Of a DNA stretch of 64,000 nt, positions 41,983-55,734 are shown in pieces. Origin of the DNA: Octopus sinensis (lineage: Eukaryota); contig NC_043011.1 of the NCBI RefSeq assembly GCF_006345805.1, positions 44,342,464 through 44,406,463 of the forward strand. Reading direction: 5' to 3'. The notes under the pieces are model-generated. The model did not search any database and was not told where the DNA came from. It saw only the letters and a list, made by a program, of their open reading frames with translations. Each line of letters opens with the position of its first letter. Within the stretch, counting starts at the first letter, position 1. The position numbers and the translations under genes were made by a program.

Positions 41983-42559
41983 CGAAATAATCATAGTAGT
42001 GGTAATAATAGTAATAATAATAATAATAATAATAATATAATAGTAATTAATAATAATGATAAGTATGTTGGTAATAATGATAATAGTTATGGTAAAAAAT
42101 GGTGCCTTACCAACTTTCTTGTCGGTAGATCCTGTTGAGAGGTAAACAGTTCATTATTAACACATGCATACGGAAGGTTAGTCACCTCACGTACAGATAT
42201 ATATATATATGTATATATATATGTATATATGTATATATATATACACACACATATATTTATACATATATACATATATATATACATACATATATATACATAT
42301 TATATATATATACATATATATATTCATATACATATATATATATTATATTTATATACATACATATAAAACGTATTAATATATATATATATATATATATATT
42401 ATATTATAATATTATATATATATATATATTTATATATACACATATTTATGTTCGCACATATATAGTATATATATATAAATACATATGCAACAATGGGTGA
42501 GAAACCAAACCAAAATATGCATATATATATAAAAAATAAGTATTATATATATGTATGTG

Positions 42560-42597
<38 letters not shown>

Positions 42598-43700
42598 ATA
42601 ATATATATATATATACGAGTATATATTGTATATATGGTGTATACATATATATATATGTGTGTATATATATATATATATGTATGTATATATATGTGCATAT
42701 ATATGTATATATATATAATACATATATATAAAGAGAGAGAGTTACCAGATTCTAAAGTCAATGCTCCAGAATAAAAAAAAATCGTCGGTTACCAGATGGT
42801 AGCCAGTTTTCTTGGTAAATGCAAATGAAATAACCGGTACGTTATAATTGGCTGTTACTACGTATGAGAAACAAAAGGCCCAGCACGAAGTCAAAAGACA
42901 CACATGTAGTAACCATAGTAAAACGTACTAGCACAAAAACACAAACATACACACACACACTCACTGATACATAGATACACACGTTCATCAAAGAAATACG
43001 TTTCGTTCAGTATATATTAATCACCTCTGCACAAAAATGCAGGATGTTGGTAAACATGCGGTAAATACGAGTTTAAGATAACATACAGGAGAAGGTCACA
43101 TCGCAGGATACGTTTGGAAAAATATAGTAACCATATGGTGATACCTGGGAAAACCGGGTCTAAATGATATTCATAATGGTAGCAAGTAGCAAACAGGAAC
43201 AAGCAACTATCGTTAAAACATCGTAGAATATAAGTGTGTGTGTGGTTTATAGATCTGATATAGGTGGAATAAATCAAAAAAAAAAGTACTCCATCGAGTG
43301 AGAGATAACTATTAATTTGATACACAACCGCAACAATTTCATGCTATTTAAATACTTTAAGTTGGTATATTTATAAAGGAGCCGTTTTATCTCCGAGAAA
43401 TCTTTCAGGCTCTATTTATGCGTTATATATGTTTTTTAAAACAGGGAAGTTAGACAGTGTGAAAATAAGAAAAACGTAAAAAAATACAAAAAAAAAAAAA
43501 ATTGGGCCAGATTGGAGCAATCTCGAGTATAATCAGCCGAAATTGCAACGATAATCTGGAACCAACTGAGGAAAGAAAACTCCGAATGACCCGTCGTTGT
43601 TTTCTTTGTATCATCTATCTGGATGTTTTGTTGTCCCTTTTTAGTATCACCTGTTCTGGATGTTTTGCGTTCTTGTCCCATTTTGTTATTTATTATATAT

Positions 43701-43732
<32 letters not shown>

Positions 43733-43786
43733 GCGGTGTACGTACGCCTTGGTCTCTATATATAATATATAAATATGTAATATAAA

Positions 43787-43842
<56 letters not shown>

Positions 43843-44095
43843 GTATGATTAAAATCAAATTAAGCAACAAGGATATCAAGAGGTAATTCAGTACAATCGT
43901 TCCATGCAACTCCATTTAATTGAACAATGCAATCATTACATCAATTTAAATGCAGAGCAACCCTCAGTTGCACAAAGACATAGAATTTAATTAAATTATA
44001 TATAATATGTATGTATATCTAATATATATATATATGTATATATTTATACACACACAATATATACATAATATATATATAATATATATGCACCACAC

Positions 44096-44127
<32 letters not shown>

Positions 44128-44144
44128 CACATATTATCTTTTAC

Positions 44145-44328
44145 TAGTTTCAGCCATTAGACTGCGACCGTGCTAGGACACCGCTTTCAAGGATTTTGAT
44201 TGAGTATTTTTTCTTAAGCCTGGAACTCATTATATCAATATCTTTTGCCGAACATACGGGAACATAAACAGCCCAGCACCAGTAGTCAAGCGGCGGTAGA
44301 GGATAAACATACACACGAAGGCACACAC

Positions 44329-44382
<54 letters not shown>

Positions 44383-44587
44383 AAACACACAAACGCATGC
44401 ACACATTCAAACACTCATATATACGACGAGCTTCTTTCAGTTTCCGTCTACCAAATCCACTCACAAATCGTTGGTCTATCCGAGGCAATAGTAGAAGACA
44501 CTTGCCCAAGGTACCACGCAGTGCGACTGAATCCGGCGTCATAAGGTTAGGAAGCAAACTTTTTATCTCACAGCCACGCCCGAGCCT
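44145..44587 (-). mobile_element. SINE family B copy
   Basis: CTTCTTTCAGTTTCCGTCTACCAAATCCACTCACA...CACTTGCCCAAGG core. Confidence 0.85.
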
Positions 44588-44599
44588 TATGTATATAAG

Positions 44600-44948
44600 A
44601 GGCGCAGGAGTGGTTGTGTGGTAAGCAGCTTGCTTACCAACCACATAGTTCTGGGTTCAATCCCACTGCGTGGCACCTTGGTATCTTCTACTACAGCCTC
44701 GGGCTGACCAAAGCCTTGTGGGTGGATTTGGTAGGCGGAAACTGAAAGAAGCCCCTAGTATGTGTCTTGTTTGTCCTCCCACCATCGTTTGACAACCGAT
44801 GTTGGTGTGTCTACGTTCCCGTACCTTAGCGGTTCGGCTAAAGAGACCGATAGAATAAGTACTAGACTTACAAAGAATAAGTCCTGGGTTCGATTTGTTC
44901 GACTCAAATCGGCTCTGCAGTCAGAAACAAATAAAAGAATGAAAGAAT
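44600..44948 (+). mobile_element. SINE family B copy
   Basis: AGGCGCAGGAGTGGTTGTGTGGTAAG...GGTTCAATCCC head and AAAGAAT tail. Confidence 0.88.
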
Positions 44949-44970
44949 ATTATATATATATATATATATA

Positions 44971-45041
<71 letters not shown>

Positions 45042-45754
45042 ATTTGTATAAATATCCATATGCAAGTGTGTATATATGCATGTGTATGCGTCTATGTGTA
45101 GAGAGACAAAGTATACACCATTCAAAACAATTTTAATCGGGAATCAATATGAAGAATTTTAAAAAAGGCACTTGCTCTTTAATAAACTTTAAATTGTAAT
45201 TTCCATATCTTGGTTTTCAAGAATGGTTCTTTGTTAAAGCCGACATATTAGACAAATGGAAAATCGAATTGAAAAGATTTAATTATATTTTAAAACAAAG
45301 GCGAGTTCGACACACAGAGAATTGAATTTTTCGAAGAAAGATTTAATTATAGTTATGAAACAGACGCAAGAAATCGATTCATACAGTTAATCATTAATAA
45401 ATCGTAATTCTGAACTGAGATCGAACATTCAATATCGACTTTAATTTTATTACGATTCAATTAATACTTTAATCAAAGGTGAAATATTCAATATGTTGTA
45501 TGTGTTTTGTTCATCATAATTTATGATTTGTGATTGTTTTAACTGATATTAAATTAACTGTTGGTATATGCTGATCTTGTATGTGTGCATGCATGTATGT
45601 GTGATTATGTTTATATATATATATATATATATATACTTACATACATACATGCACACACATACATACATATACACAGGCACCTACACAGACACACATATAT
45701 AATTAACTGGTAACTATTTGAAAATAGATACATAGTTAATATAAGCATGTGTTT

Positions 45755-46125
45755 CCGCCTGGAAACAACATTACTGGAGACCGAGAGAAATCTGGAACGC
45801 TCCCACGAAAAAGAAAGAGCAGACAAAAAAGCCTGGGTTATAGAAAATATAAAATCAAACCCTAAAGCCTTCTTTAAGTATGCCAAAAAAGAATAAAAAG
45901 AGAACTGCCTCCGTGAGTTGCAGGGTAGGGCTACTCCTCCAAAGTGATGGTTCTCTCACGGGAAATCCAATGAAGTTAAGTGAAATACTAAATGAACAAT
46001 TCAAAAGTGTTTTCACCCAACTCTTACGGCACATCCACGTCAGCAAACACGTAGAACTGTTTACCACTACAGAAGAAGTTTCAAGTAGCGAAAGTGTAGC
46101 AAAATTAACGGTGGTGCACCCGAGC
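45755..46125 (+). mobile_element. CR1/L2-group LINE ORF2 fragment (between endonuclease and RT)
   Basis: ...VIENIKSNPKAFFKYAKK / RVGLLLQSDGSLTGNPMKLSEILNEQFKSVFTQ, a typical NPK.F..Y...LN.QF.SVFT motif. Frameshifted. Confidence 0.8.
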
Positions 46126-46639
46126 TGAAACTAGGATGGGCCAAAAGATAAATGAAGACACACGTACTTGTTCATGATGAATAAAATGAACGATACGATA
46201 ATAATAATGTTAATAATGTAATATAAATAAAATGTCAAGTATTTTGATGCGTGACTTTTAGATCACCCTGTGTTATATAAATATATGTGTGTGTGTATGT
46301 GTATTTACATATATGTTATATCGAACAGCGCATGGTTTATAGTCAGATGATCGAGAACGTGAAATTTGAATAATGAAATGTGGGCTTCCATTTGTTATAA
46401 TTCTACATACATACATGCATACATACATACATACATACATACATACATACATAAATACATACATACATACATACATACATACATGCATATATACATACAT
46501 ACATACATACATACATACATACATACATACATACATAAATACATACATACATACATACATGCATACATACATATGATCATACTCAAACATGGTCAATTAC
46601 TTACACAAATATGAAGTGCGTACGTGCTTATAACCAGTC

Positions 46640-47125
46640 GAGCGGAGTAAATTATATTGAGGAATAAACTAGCGGCATCCTCTCACACCCTGGAAGAGGA
46701 AAAGCTCGAGAAACATCATCAGCAGTCGAAAACAAAAGTGACATTCAAGTTCGTGCAAAGAGTAAAGCCAGTGAGGGTAGCAAGATGGATAAGTAGTCTA
46801 CTACATGGAGTCCAATCATGGAATATGAAACTGGACCTGGGGCGGAAAGTTTGCAGTTTCCGAATATCGTCCATTCAACCCTGAGGCCAGATGTAGATTT
46901 GTGGTTTGAATAGTCATGGAAAATAATCTTGATCGGGGTTACATTTCTGTGGGAAGATGGGTGCGATCGAGCCTTTGAGTGGAAGCATACCAGATTGCAA
47001 GAAGGGACGGCAATCATGGTTTTTCCCAGTCGAATATGGAGAATGTTTACAACCGCTGGAATGAGAGGAAAAGAGGGACAGGTGGCTGTGAACAGGATGG
47101 GAGAGGCAGCAGAAACAACCCTTTG
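46640..47125 (+). mobile_element. Hero/R2-group non-LTR retrotransposon fragment (restriction-like endonuclease domain), decayed
   Basis: WNMKLDLGRK/LQFPNIVHSTLRPDVDLWFE*SWKIILIGVTFLWEDGCDRAFEWK...WFFPVEYG/RMFTTAGMRGKEGQVAVNRMGEAAE. Matches the Hero pattern DL..KL.FP...T.LRPD..LW...IELTVPWE...PVEVG...EAAE. Confidence 0.8.
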
Positions 47126-47157
47126 CTGTTATACATACATGTATACATATGTGTGTG

Positions 47158-47188
<31 letters not shown>

Positions 47189-47251
47189 AACGTCGCCAAT
47201 TTAATGTCAATTGCTCCATCTTTGTGTTACATCTTTGTTCTAAGGCTACAT

Positions 47252-47508
47252 TTACGCACAGATAGACACACACACATATTCGACCAATATATGTATATAT
47301 AATCGATTATCTCGGTAACTATGGGGGCTATAGGAAAAATACAAACCGCATTTCAATCTATGCACCCGTCTCCACTTGTGTGCCATTTTTCACAGGAATC
47401 CACCCAGCCGTTTGGCTGTGAACCTCAAGACAAGAAAGAATAGAACGCTCGCCCATGTCCATTACGCACAGAGAGACACACATATTCGACCATTTTATGC
47501 ATATATAA
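47252..47508 (+). mobile_element. possible non-autonomous Helitron-like fragment with a duplicated end
   Basis: TGTGTGCCATTTTTCACAGGAATCCACCCAGCCGTTTGGCTGTGA...CAGAGAGACACACATATTCGACC resembles Helitron/HINE-type repeats. An approximately 50-bp segment occurs twice, about 210 bp apart. Confidence 0.35.
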
Positions 47509-48103
47509 ACACTCACATATACAGCACAAGTATACAAAGCATATGATCAAATGTAAATCCGCGAAATGTAAAAACCACGAAGAAAAAGTTCTACGTTATC
47601 ATTAAAAGCTCTCTATTCGTTCAATTTCACGACTGTTTTTTATTATCTCATTGTTCAACAATAGTTTTTATAATCTCTCTCTCACACACACTCTCTCTTT
47701 CTCTCCTGCTTCTGTTAAATATCTTATCTTTTATATTTCTATTCCAACTGCAAACACTTAATAAAACACAAACACGGGCATTCTGATTGATATTTCACAA
47801 TGACAGGAGACAAATGGAAACGACAAATGGAAATAGACAAAATACAAACACCCAAAGAAATATCACAAAGGGAAATGAACATAGACAACAAGTGAGACAA
47901 AAAAACCAAACAGGAAACAAGTTAATGAGCGGTGAAAGTGTTTATCAAATGGAGTGATTAATGGAAGAAGTCGAGTGACTAGCTCGTTATTTAGACAATT
48001 ACCGGGAAAGACAGAAGGTAGATGATGGATGACCAATGAAGATTAAATAAACATGAACATGGGCGCATGTATAAAAGACTTTATACATGCAAAACATACA
48101 CAC

Positions 48104-48169
<66 letters not shown>

Positions 48170-48833
48170 GTGTGTGTACATATAAAGGGAAGAGAGAGAG
48201 AGAGAGAGAGAGAGAAATAGACAGCTGCATATGTAGGTGTGTACAATTATATGCAAGACGTTCGTGTACACTCAAACCTGAAGAGACCTTCTCTGCGGAA
48301 ATTGCTTCGGAAGAGAAATTCTACTAGACAACATATGTGAAAAGACATCTCTGAGCTATGAATGACGTCACCGAACAATAGGACACGTGTTCCTAAGTCG
48401 TTACACTTCATTAGCAACCGAATCCATCGTACACAGCTCATTAAAAAAATTCGTATTTATGTTGCAAATAATAAATTTGCTGATGTATGCAAAGCTTTGT
48501 CGAGCAGGACTTAATTTATTAGAAGCTCACAAAGCAGCGTTAATTGATGTATAGGTGTTAATTGAAATATATTTCATATTAATGATGCTTGCCGTGAGCG
48601 TAGTTGATGAAGTGTGACGATACTCAAAAGCGTGTTCTACAGTTCGATGACTTCATTGTTAGTCCAGTGGTGTGTTTTTCATACACATTACCTATATAAT
48701 GAATTTCTCCTCCGAGACAACTTCTGCAGTGAAAGTTTTTTCGCGTCTGAGTGTGCACGTACGTGTCAAATAGAATTGTAATCACTTGTGTTTTGATCAA
48801 CGCTACTTCGCGTGCCTATAGTTATATGTGAGA

Positions 48834-48874
<41 letters not shown>

Positions 48875-49020
48875 TGCATACACACACGCAAATGTCGAAG
48901 AACGAGGATGAGTGCTCAAAACTGCTTTGATGGATAAAATTTCTTTATTTGTGTTTTAAGGCTACCATTGGTTTCATGTTAAGAAATGTATCTTTATATC
49001 TTAACAATTTCCAAGCCGAT

Positions 49021-49074
<54 letters not shown>

Positions 49075-49463
49075 AACACACACAACTGTACACGTGCGAG
49101 TTTGTGTGCGTGTGTGTGTCTGCGTATGTGAGTGTGCTGACCATGCACACACACAAACGTCCTCCTTGTAAATCCAACTATCGTAAGTTCGAGGTTTGAA
49201 TTCTCTTAAGCTGAGGCAGGAATTATTATATACGCAACAGAAACCCGTTTGAACAGTTATATTTAAGAATCAAAAAACAATTAAAATTGATTTAAGAAAT
49301 AAATTTATACGGAGTGCCTTGGACAAAAACTAGACAGAGTTACAGGGTACACAAAGTAAAACAAAATAGATTATGTATACATAGATATATACATTCATAC
49401 GTACAGACATACATACACACACACCACACATATATATATATATGTATGTGTGTGTGTGTGAGT

Positions 49464-49494
<31 letters not shown>

Positions 49495-49558
49495 TGTGCA
49501 TAGAGAGATCAATACAGATATATAAATCTGTATGTCTTATTTACATTTCTGCACTTTA

Positions 49559-49652
<94 letters not shown>

Positions 49653-49657
49653 CATCC

Positions 49658-49709
<52 letters not shown>

Positions 49710-49711
<2 letters not shown>

Positions 49712-49782
49712 ATGTGGCAGTTATTCGGTAGCCATGATAAAACTCGGAGTTTTATCTTGGCTACCGAATAATTGCCACATAT
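49710..49782. repeat. near-perfect 36-bp-arm fold-back palindrome
   Basis: ATATGTGGCAGTTATTCGGTAGCCATGATAAAACTC-G-GAGTTTTATCTTGGCTACCGAATAATTGCCACATAT, 2 mismatches. Confidence 0.9.
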
Positions 49783-51536
49783 TACATTTACAGATAAACT
49801 CCTCTATTTGCATAATATCGAGATCTCTTTCTTTCTTTTGTTGTCTTACCATTTCTATCAATATATTATATATATATATATATATATGACGAGATGATAA
49901 AAGCGATACCCTTTATTCCATTGACACTTTGATACATTTATCATAATAAAGTCGCCGTTTTTATCCAAATAATTTCTGTGCTTCCATATTTGCATTAGCT
50001 GGTTTGTAGTTTATTTTCTCTGTTTTCGCAAATAACTCTTATTTGAATGTTTGTAGTATGCAAAATTATATTTGATGCTGTTGGTTATCAAACAGTAAAG
50101 CCACCTAATAAACTAACATACAGTATGCATACATAGATATATACATACATATTCACATACATACAGACACAGACATACATCTATATTCATATATATGCAT
50201 CTACATACATATGGATATATACATATGGATGCTTATGCATATATATGTATATATATATATATATATACATATAAAATATATATATATATACATAGCCAAA
50301 TATATATTTACATATATGCATATTTACTTATAAATATTTATATACATATACTTATATCTCTCTATCTCTCTGTCTTCCTCTCTCTCTCTCTCTATCTATC
50401 TCTTCTCTCTCTCTCTCTCTCTCTCTTTACACACATATATAAACATAGGTAGTTGTTGCGTAAACTATACTGAGAGTATGGTAAGATTCAAAGTCGTACA
50501 GTTACTGACAATTTCTTCCAGTCCCGGAAATTATCAGACTGTGAAATTGTAAGAAATGACCGTGCTCCTTGTTGGACTTGTAGCAGACTCAAAGTTATAT
50601 TGTGTGTCTGAATAAGAATGGATATATGAACATGGGGTTTTAAGAAACTTGCACCTGTCATAGGGTAGCCTCTTGTTGGATATACTTCCACGGAAAAACA
50701 CCTGTATTTGTTGGTGTCTGTAGATCTACCAATATTATTAGTATGGGTTGTTTTCGATATATTAGTTTATATAGAAACTGGTTGGGCCATACAAATATGT
50801 ACTGTCAGTTGTGATGGATACGGAGGGGATGAAAGTAGACTGAAAAGAAATCTAGTGACTTGACTTTGTGGTGGTTGAAAAGGTGATAGTAGAGGGTGTC
50901 GAGAGAAACATACTTGCATCAAATTTATGTTGATTAACTCAACTCAGTCAGATATTACATTAACAACTGACAACTCATTAACCAAAAGCCTCGAAATACG
51001 AGTTGATATAGTTTTAACGATAGAATTTATGATGGTTCTTGGATGATTGGAATGGTTATTAACATACCTTAAACACTAATTTGGTTTATGATATGGTTGG
51101 TATAGTTCAGTACTTAAAACCAGAGTCAAATCAACGAAGTTAATATAAACATTTTCTATCGAGACCGAGACGCTTAGAGAATTAAAAAAGTGTTTTTCGA
51201 GACCTTTCAAGATTAACTCTATTAGACCTTTAGATAGTGAAAAGAGCGTCATGTCTATATAATCTACCCCCTAATTCAAGAAATTCACTATGTAAACATT
51301 TAAGAGTGTATACATATGTACGCACACATAAACATATACATATATATACTACCAACGAATATACACCTATGTCTCCTAAACCATTCATATAACAGAAATA
51401 CCATATATTTCGTAATTTACTCGATTTCCTGTTGACACCATGTCAATTTCTTAAAATCTTATAGTCTGAAGAAACTGGCCTGTGAGGAAACTGACAGTTA
51501 CCGCGACTCGTCGAACTTTCCAGTACTCACAATAAG

Positions 51537-51572
<36 letters not shown>

Positions 51573-51818
51573 CACACACACATAAAGATTGATAGGTAGA
51601 TAGATAGGTATGCGTACGGTCATAGAGGTACGAACATAAATTGGTATGTAGAGAATTGGAAACTGGAAGGGGGAAAGCTCCAGAGAATAGTAATTACAAT
51701 GGGATAAAGCAATGGAGATATGGTGAGAGTGAAAGAAAGATATATATATATATAGTAACAGGAAAGGAGGAATCTCTCGATTATCCCCCACGTGGTGAGT
51801 TTTTATATAATTTTTAAT

Positions 51819-51852
51819 ATATCGACCGGTTTCGCTTTCGCTATCATGATAT
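51819..51852 (-). ncRNA. decayed minimal hammerhead motif
   Basis: Minus strand ATATC-ATGATA-GC-GAAA-GC-GAAA-CCGG-TC-GATAT. Stems and GAAACCGGTC are intact; the CUGAUGA core is mutated. Confidence 0.5.
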
Positions 51853-51975
51853 TATGGCTTACTTATTTGAATATATATTTTCTTAAGAAGAAATTTTGTC
51901 CATGTTGTGTGTGAGGATATTAAAACTATGTAAAGTGTGTGTATTTTCCTTTTTTAATTTCTTATATATATATAC

Positions 51976-52038
<63 letters not shown>

Positions 52039-52171
52039 AAAGAAAGATACAGAAGAGACAGAGAGAAAGGGGAAGGTAGTTTGTTACATCAAAGTATAGC
52101 GATTTAGCGTAAGTGTAAAGAAATGATGGAAATGAGGAGTGAAGGGGAAGCTATATTTCACTAAAGAGGAG

Positions 52172-52206
<35 letters not shown>

Positions 52207-52217
52207 AAGAAAAAAAT

Positions 52218-52261
<44 letters not shown>

Positions 52262-52941
52262 GATTAATGAAGTAGGTTTTTGAGTAAGAATAACGGTGAG
52301 GTAGGATGAAAGTAGCATAAAAATAATTGAAAGGTGAAATGAAACACCAGAAGAAAATAGATTAAGATTTAAAGCAGGGAAAAAATGATGCGTTAATGAA
52401 AGATGACAAAATAAACTCCACCACTTTTGATAGGCACTATACTAGTAATATATATATATATATATACACTGCGTATGTGTTTATGGAGAGGAATTTGACA
52501 GAAGTTGCGTCTCAATAAAACATTTGATAACGTATCATACTGTCTGTGTCTGCCAAGTTGTTGATGTGTAAATATGGCTTCCTATACAGATTTGACGTTT
52601 GGTTTCAACTAGATATAGTTGATTAGATAAGATCTAAGCTTTCTCTCATGATGTGTGTATATTATTGAATGAAAGATACAGATAAAAAAAATTCACACAT
52701 ACATATGTATATATGTTCATGTACATGTATATATATAGTATATATATAATATATATATATATATAATATATATAGCATATACATTCACATCATATATAAT
52801 ATATATATACATCTATATACATATATATATAAACATATATGTACACACACTATATATATATATATACATCTATATACATATATATATAAACATATATGTA
52901 CACATATATATATATAATATATATATATAATATATATACGC

Positions 52942-53002
<61 letters not shown>

Positions 53003-53020
53003 ATATATAGATATATATAT

Positions 53021-53052
<32 letters not shown>

Positions 53053-53262
53053 AATAGATAGATAGAATACATAAATATCAATATAACTTTTTTATTTCTC
53101 GAATCTTCCGCAATGTTGAAAAAGCCAGTTTATAGCCTAGGAAGAAAATACTCTTTGGTATTTAGACAACATCGAACAAGGGCACATACCTATGTATGCA
53201 TATGTGTATGTATGTATGTATGTATGTATGTGTGTATGTATGTATGTATGTATGTGTGTATG

Positions 53263-53296
<34 letters not shown>

Positions 53297-53667
53297 TTAT
53301 GTATGTATGTGTATATATATTCTTTTTATACTCTAGGCACAAGGCCCGAAATCTTTGGGGTGTTGGGCCAGTCGATTAGATCCATCCCAGTACGCAACGC
53401 TACGTGTGTGTATATGTGTGTGTGTGTTTGTATGTACATGCATGTGCGCTTGCTTAAATATACGTAAATACGTACACATACCCCGAATATGCTGATCTGT
53501 AAACGTGAGTATACATGGTATATGAATGGCTTATATAATTTGTATAGCACACACACACAAACCAACACATACACACACGCGCGCACACATACACATACAA
53601 AAACCAACACACACACACGCACACAAACCAACACATACACACTCGCGCGTGCACACACACACACACG

Positions 53668-53728
<61 letters not shown>

Positions 53729-54303
53729 CAACGCAAACACACGTACTTTTCCCTGCAGCAAGACTCTTAGAACATATGGTCGCATCTCTAAACTGTTACT
53801 CTAACAATTTATGTATATAGATAACAGCGGCCGCGTTTGTGTGTGTGTGTGTGTGTGTGTGTACATGTGTGTGTATGTGTGTTTGTGTACGCGTTACTCT
53901 GTGTGTGTGTGTGTGTGTGTATGAGTGACGGTGTATGTGTTTACATGTGAGTGTCTGTATATGTACACGTATAGGTCTTGTGTGTAAGTATATGTGTGCG
54001 CCAATGTGTGTATATGTACGTGCGCGCATATCTGAATGTGGCTATGTGTATGAGCATATATGAGCCTAAGCGTGTGTACGTACGTACGTACGCATTTATG
54101 TATGAGCGTATGTACGTGCGTACGCAAGTATGTATGTACGTATGTATGTACGTATGCATGTATGTGTAAATGTAACTGAATGTCTCCCCGTGTGAGTGTG
54201 TGTGTGCGTGAGTAATTGTGTGTGTGTGTGTGTGCGTGCATGTGTATATATGAAAGTGTGTGTGTGTGTGTGTGTGTTTGTGTTTGTGTGTGTGTGTGTG
54301 TGG

Positions 54304-54338
<35 letters not shown>

Positions 54339-55030
54339 GCATCTAGCTGCTGCTTCTTCTCCTGCTGCTGCTACAGACTAATGTATTGTTACTAACTGGC
54401 AGCCATTGACGCAGTAATTTTACTTTACATCTGATGGGGCCGCAGAGACCGAAATGTTGTTATAGCTTTGAACTTTGACCCGAAAACAGTTTTACATCTC
54501 CAGACCATGCTATTACAGACTGGCAATGCCATGAGCCAAATTGAACCTATATGCGGTAATCCTACCTTCTAGATATAGCAGCTAATTCTTTCTTAAGTCA
54601 CTAATTAGCACCTTTGATACGATTCGGCTGTGTCCTCTACTAAGCGTCTTTATATTGAAGCCTTTGCCGAGGTATGTCATGTGATTATGACATCATTCTG
54701 ATATGGCGATATAAACTAGAATTACTCACCAGGGCCTTCTACACAGTAACACTATCGATGATTGATAGGTAACATTAATATTTATCTCCACTTAAACGTA
54801 GATGTTCTGTTAGAAGGAACTTTAAGTAGCGATAATTATTACCTCTCAGCCTTAATACAGCCTCTGTCTAATAAATTCTGTCAATGATTGCTTCAAGAAG
54901 GACATAATTCAAGGTTTTATGCTGGAATACAGAAGGCTTATTCTGGTCGTTAACTTAGGTACACTTCCTTCATTACTACCTTTAAAAAAAATAGAGATAC
55001 CTTTGATAATGCAATCCATGGTACATAAAT

Positions 55031-55734
55031 TTGTGTTGTCAGATAAAGTCGTTCGCTTCTCTTCAATGTTATTTGAATTAACACGAAAAATAATTTTACT
55101 GTTGTTTTATTTTTTATTTTATTGTTTTTTTTGTGTAGTTCTTTTCTTTCTCTACAACTTTTGTTTATATCGTTTATGAAATTTTAATAAAGTTTATCTT
55201 TTTTTTCAGATAGAAGACAATGGAATTCCAAGTAGTGAAAAAAATGTTTTTTGAAGAAGAATGTTTTAGCTCCTCTCATTAATATCATAATTTCGTTTAT
55301 CATTTCATTTCGTTAATGTAATGTCCAGCCCGCAGCTACATCTATGTAGCAAATGCTCTTGTGGCAAATTATATGAATAAAAGTAGGGCATTTTCAACAT
55401 ATGTTTCTCTTTGCTTTCAATCAAAGCGCCAAAGCTGCCAAAACCCGCGTGGAACATTTATGCCATGTACGGAGAAGGTGCTATTACGGAAAGAACTGCA
55501 CAAAAATGGTTCTCACGTTCAGACTTTTCAAGGATCGGCCGACTTGTTCAATTCAATGACGATCGATGGAACCATCTCATCCACAAGTACCCACGCCAGT
55601 CTACATAGGAATTGGCACAATAAATAGAACGTTCTCATTATCCCGTCGCCCGCTACCTTCACTCGATGAGATTAAAATAAATGAAAAAAGGAAGAAGAAA
55701 CCTTAAAAAAAGAACGAATTTATCAGACAACCAA
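55031..55734 (+). mobile_element. mariner relic (N-terminal HTH only) with imperfect TIRs
   Basis: TIRs TTGTGTTGTCAGATAAAGTCGTTC and (revcomp) TTGGTTGTCTGATAAATTCGTTC|TA. Relic HFQHMFLFAFNQSAKAAK/AWNIYAMYGEGAITERTAQKWFSR...PRQST*ELAQ. Confidence 0.85.

Noticed and set aside
43501-43695. Penelope-like 3' fragment with CAGCCGAAATTGCAA
   Set aside because: It looks repeat-derived, but no hammerhead core is present and there is no second copy in the window.
51460-51497. CTGAAGA...GAAAC hammerhead-like spacing
   Set aside because: Stem II is mismatched and there is no valid UH site or stem I.
54427-54462. CTGATGG-GGCCGCAGAGACC-GAAATGTT hammerhead-like string
   Set aside because: It needs three or more corrections in core and stems and cannot be told from chance by eye.
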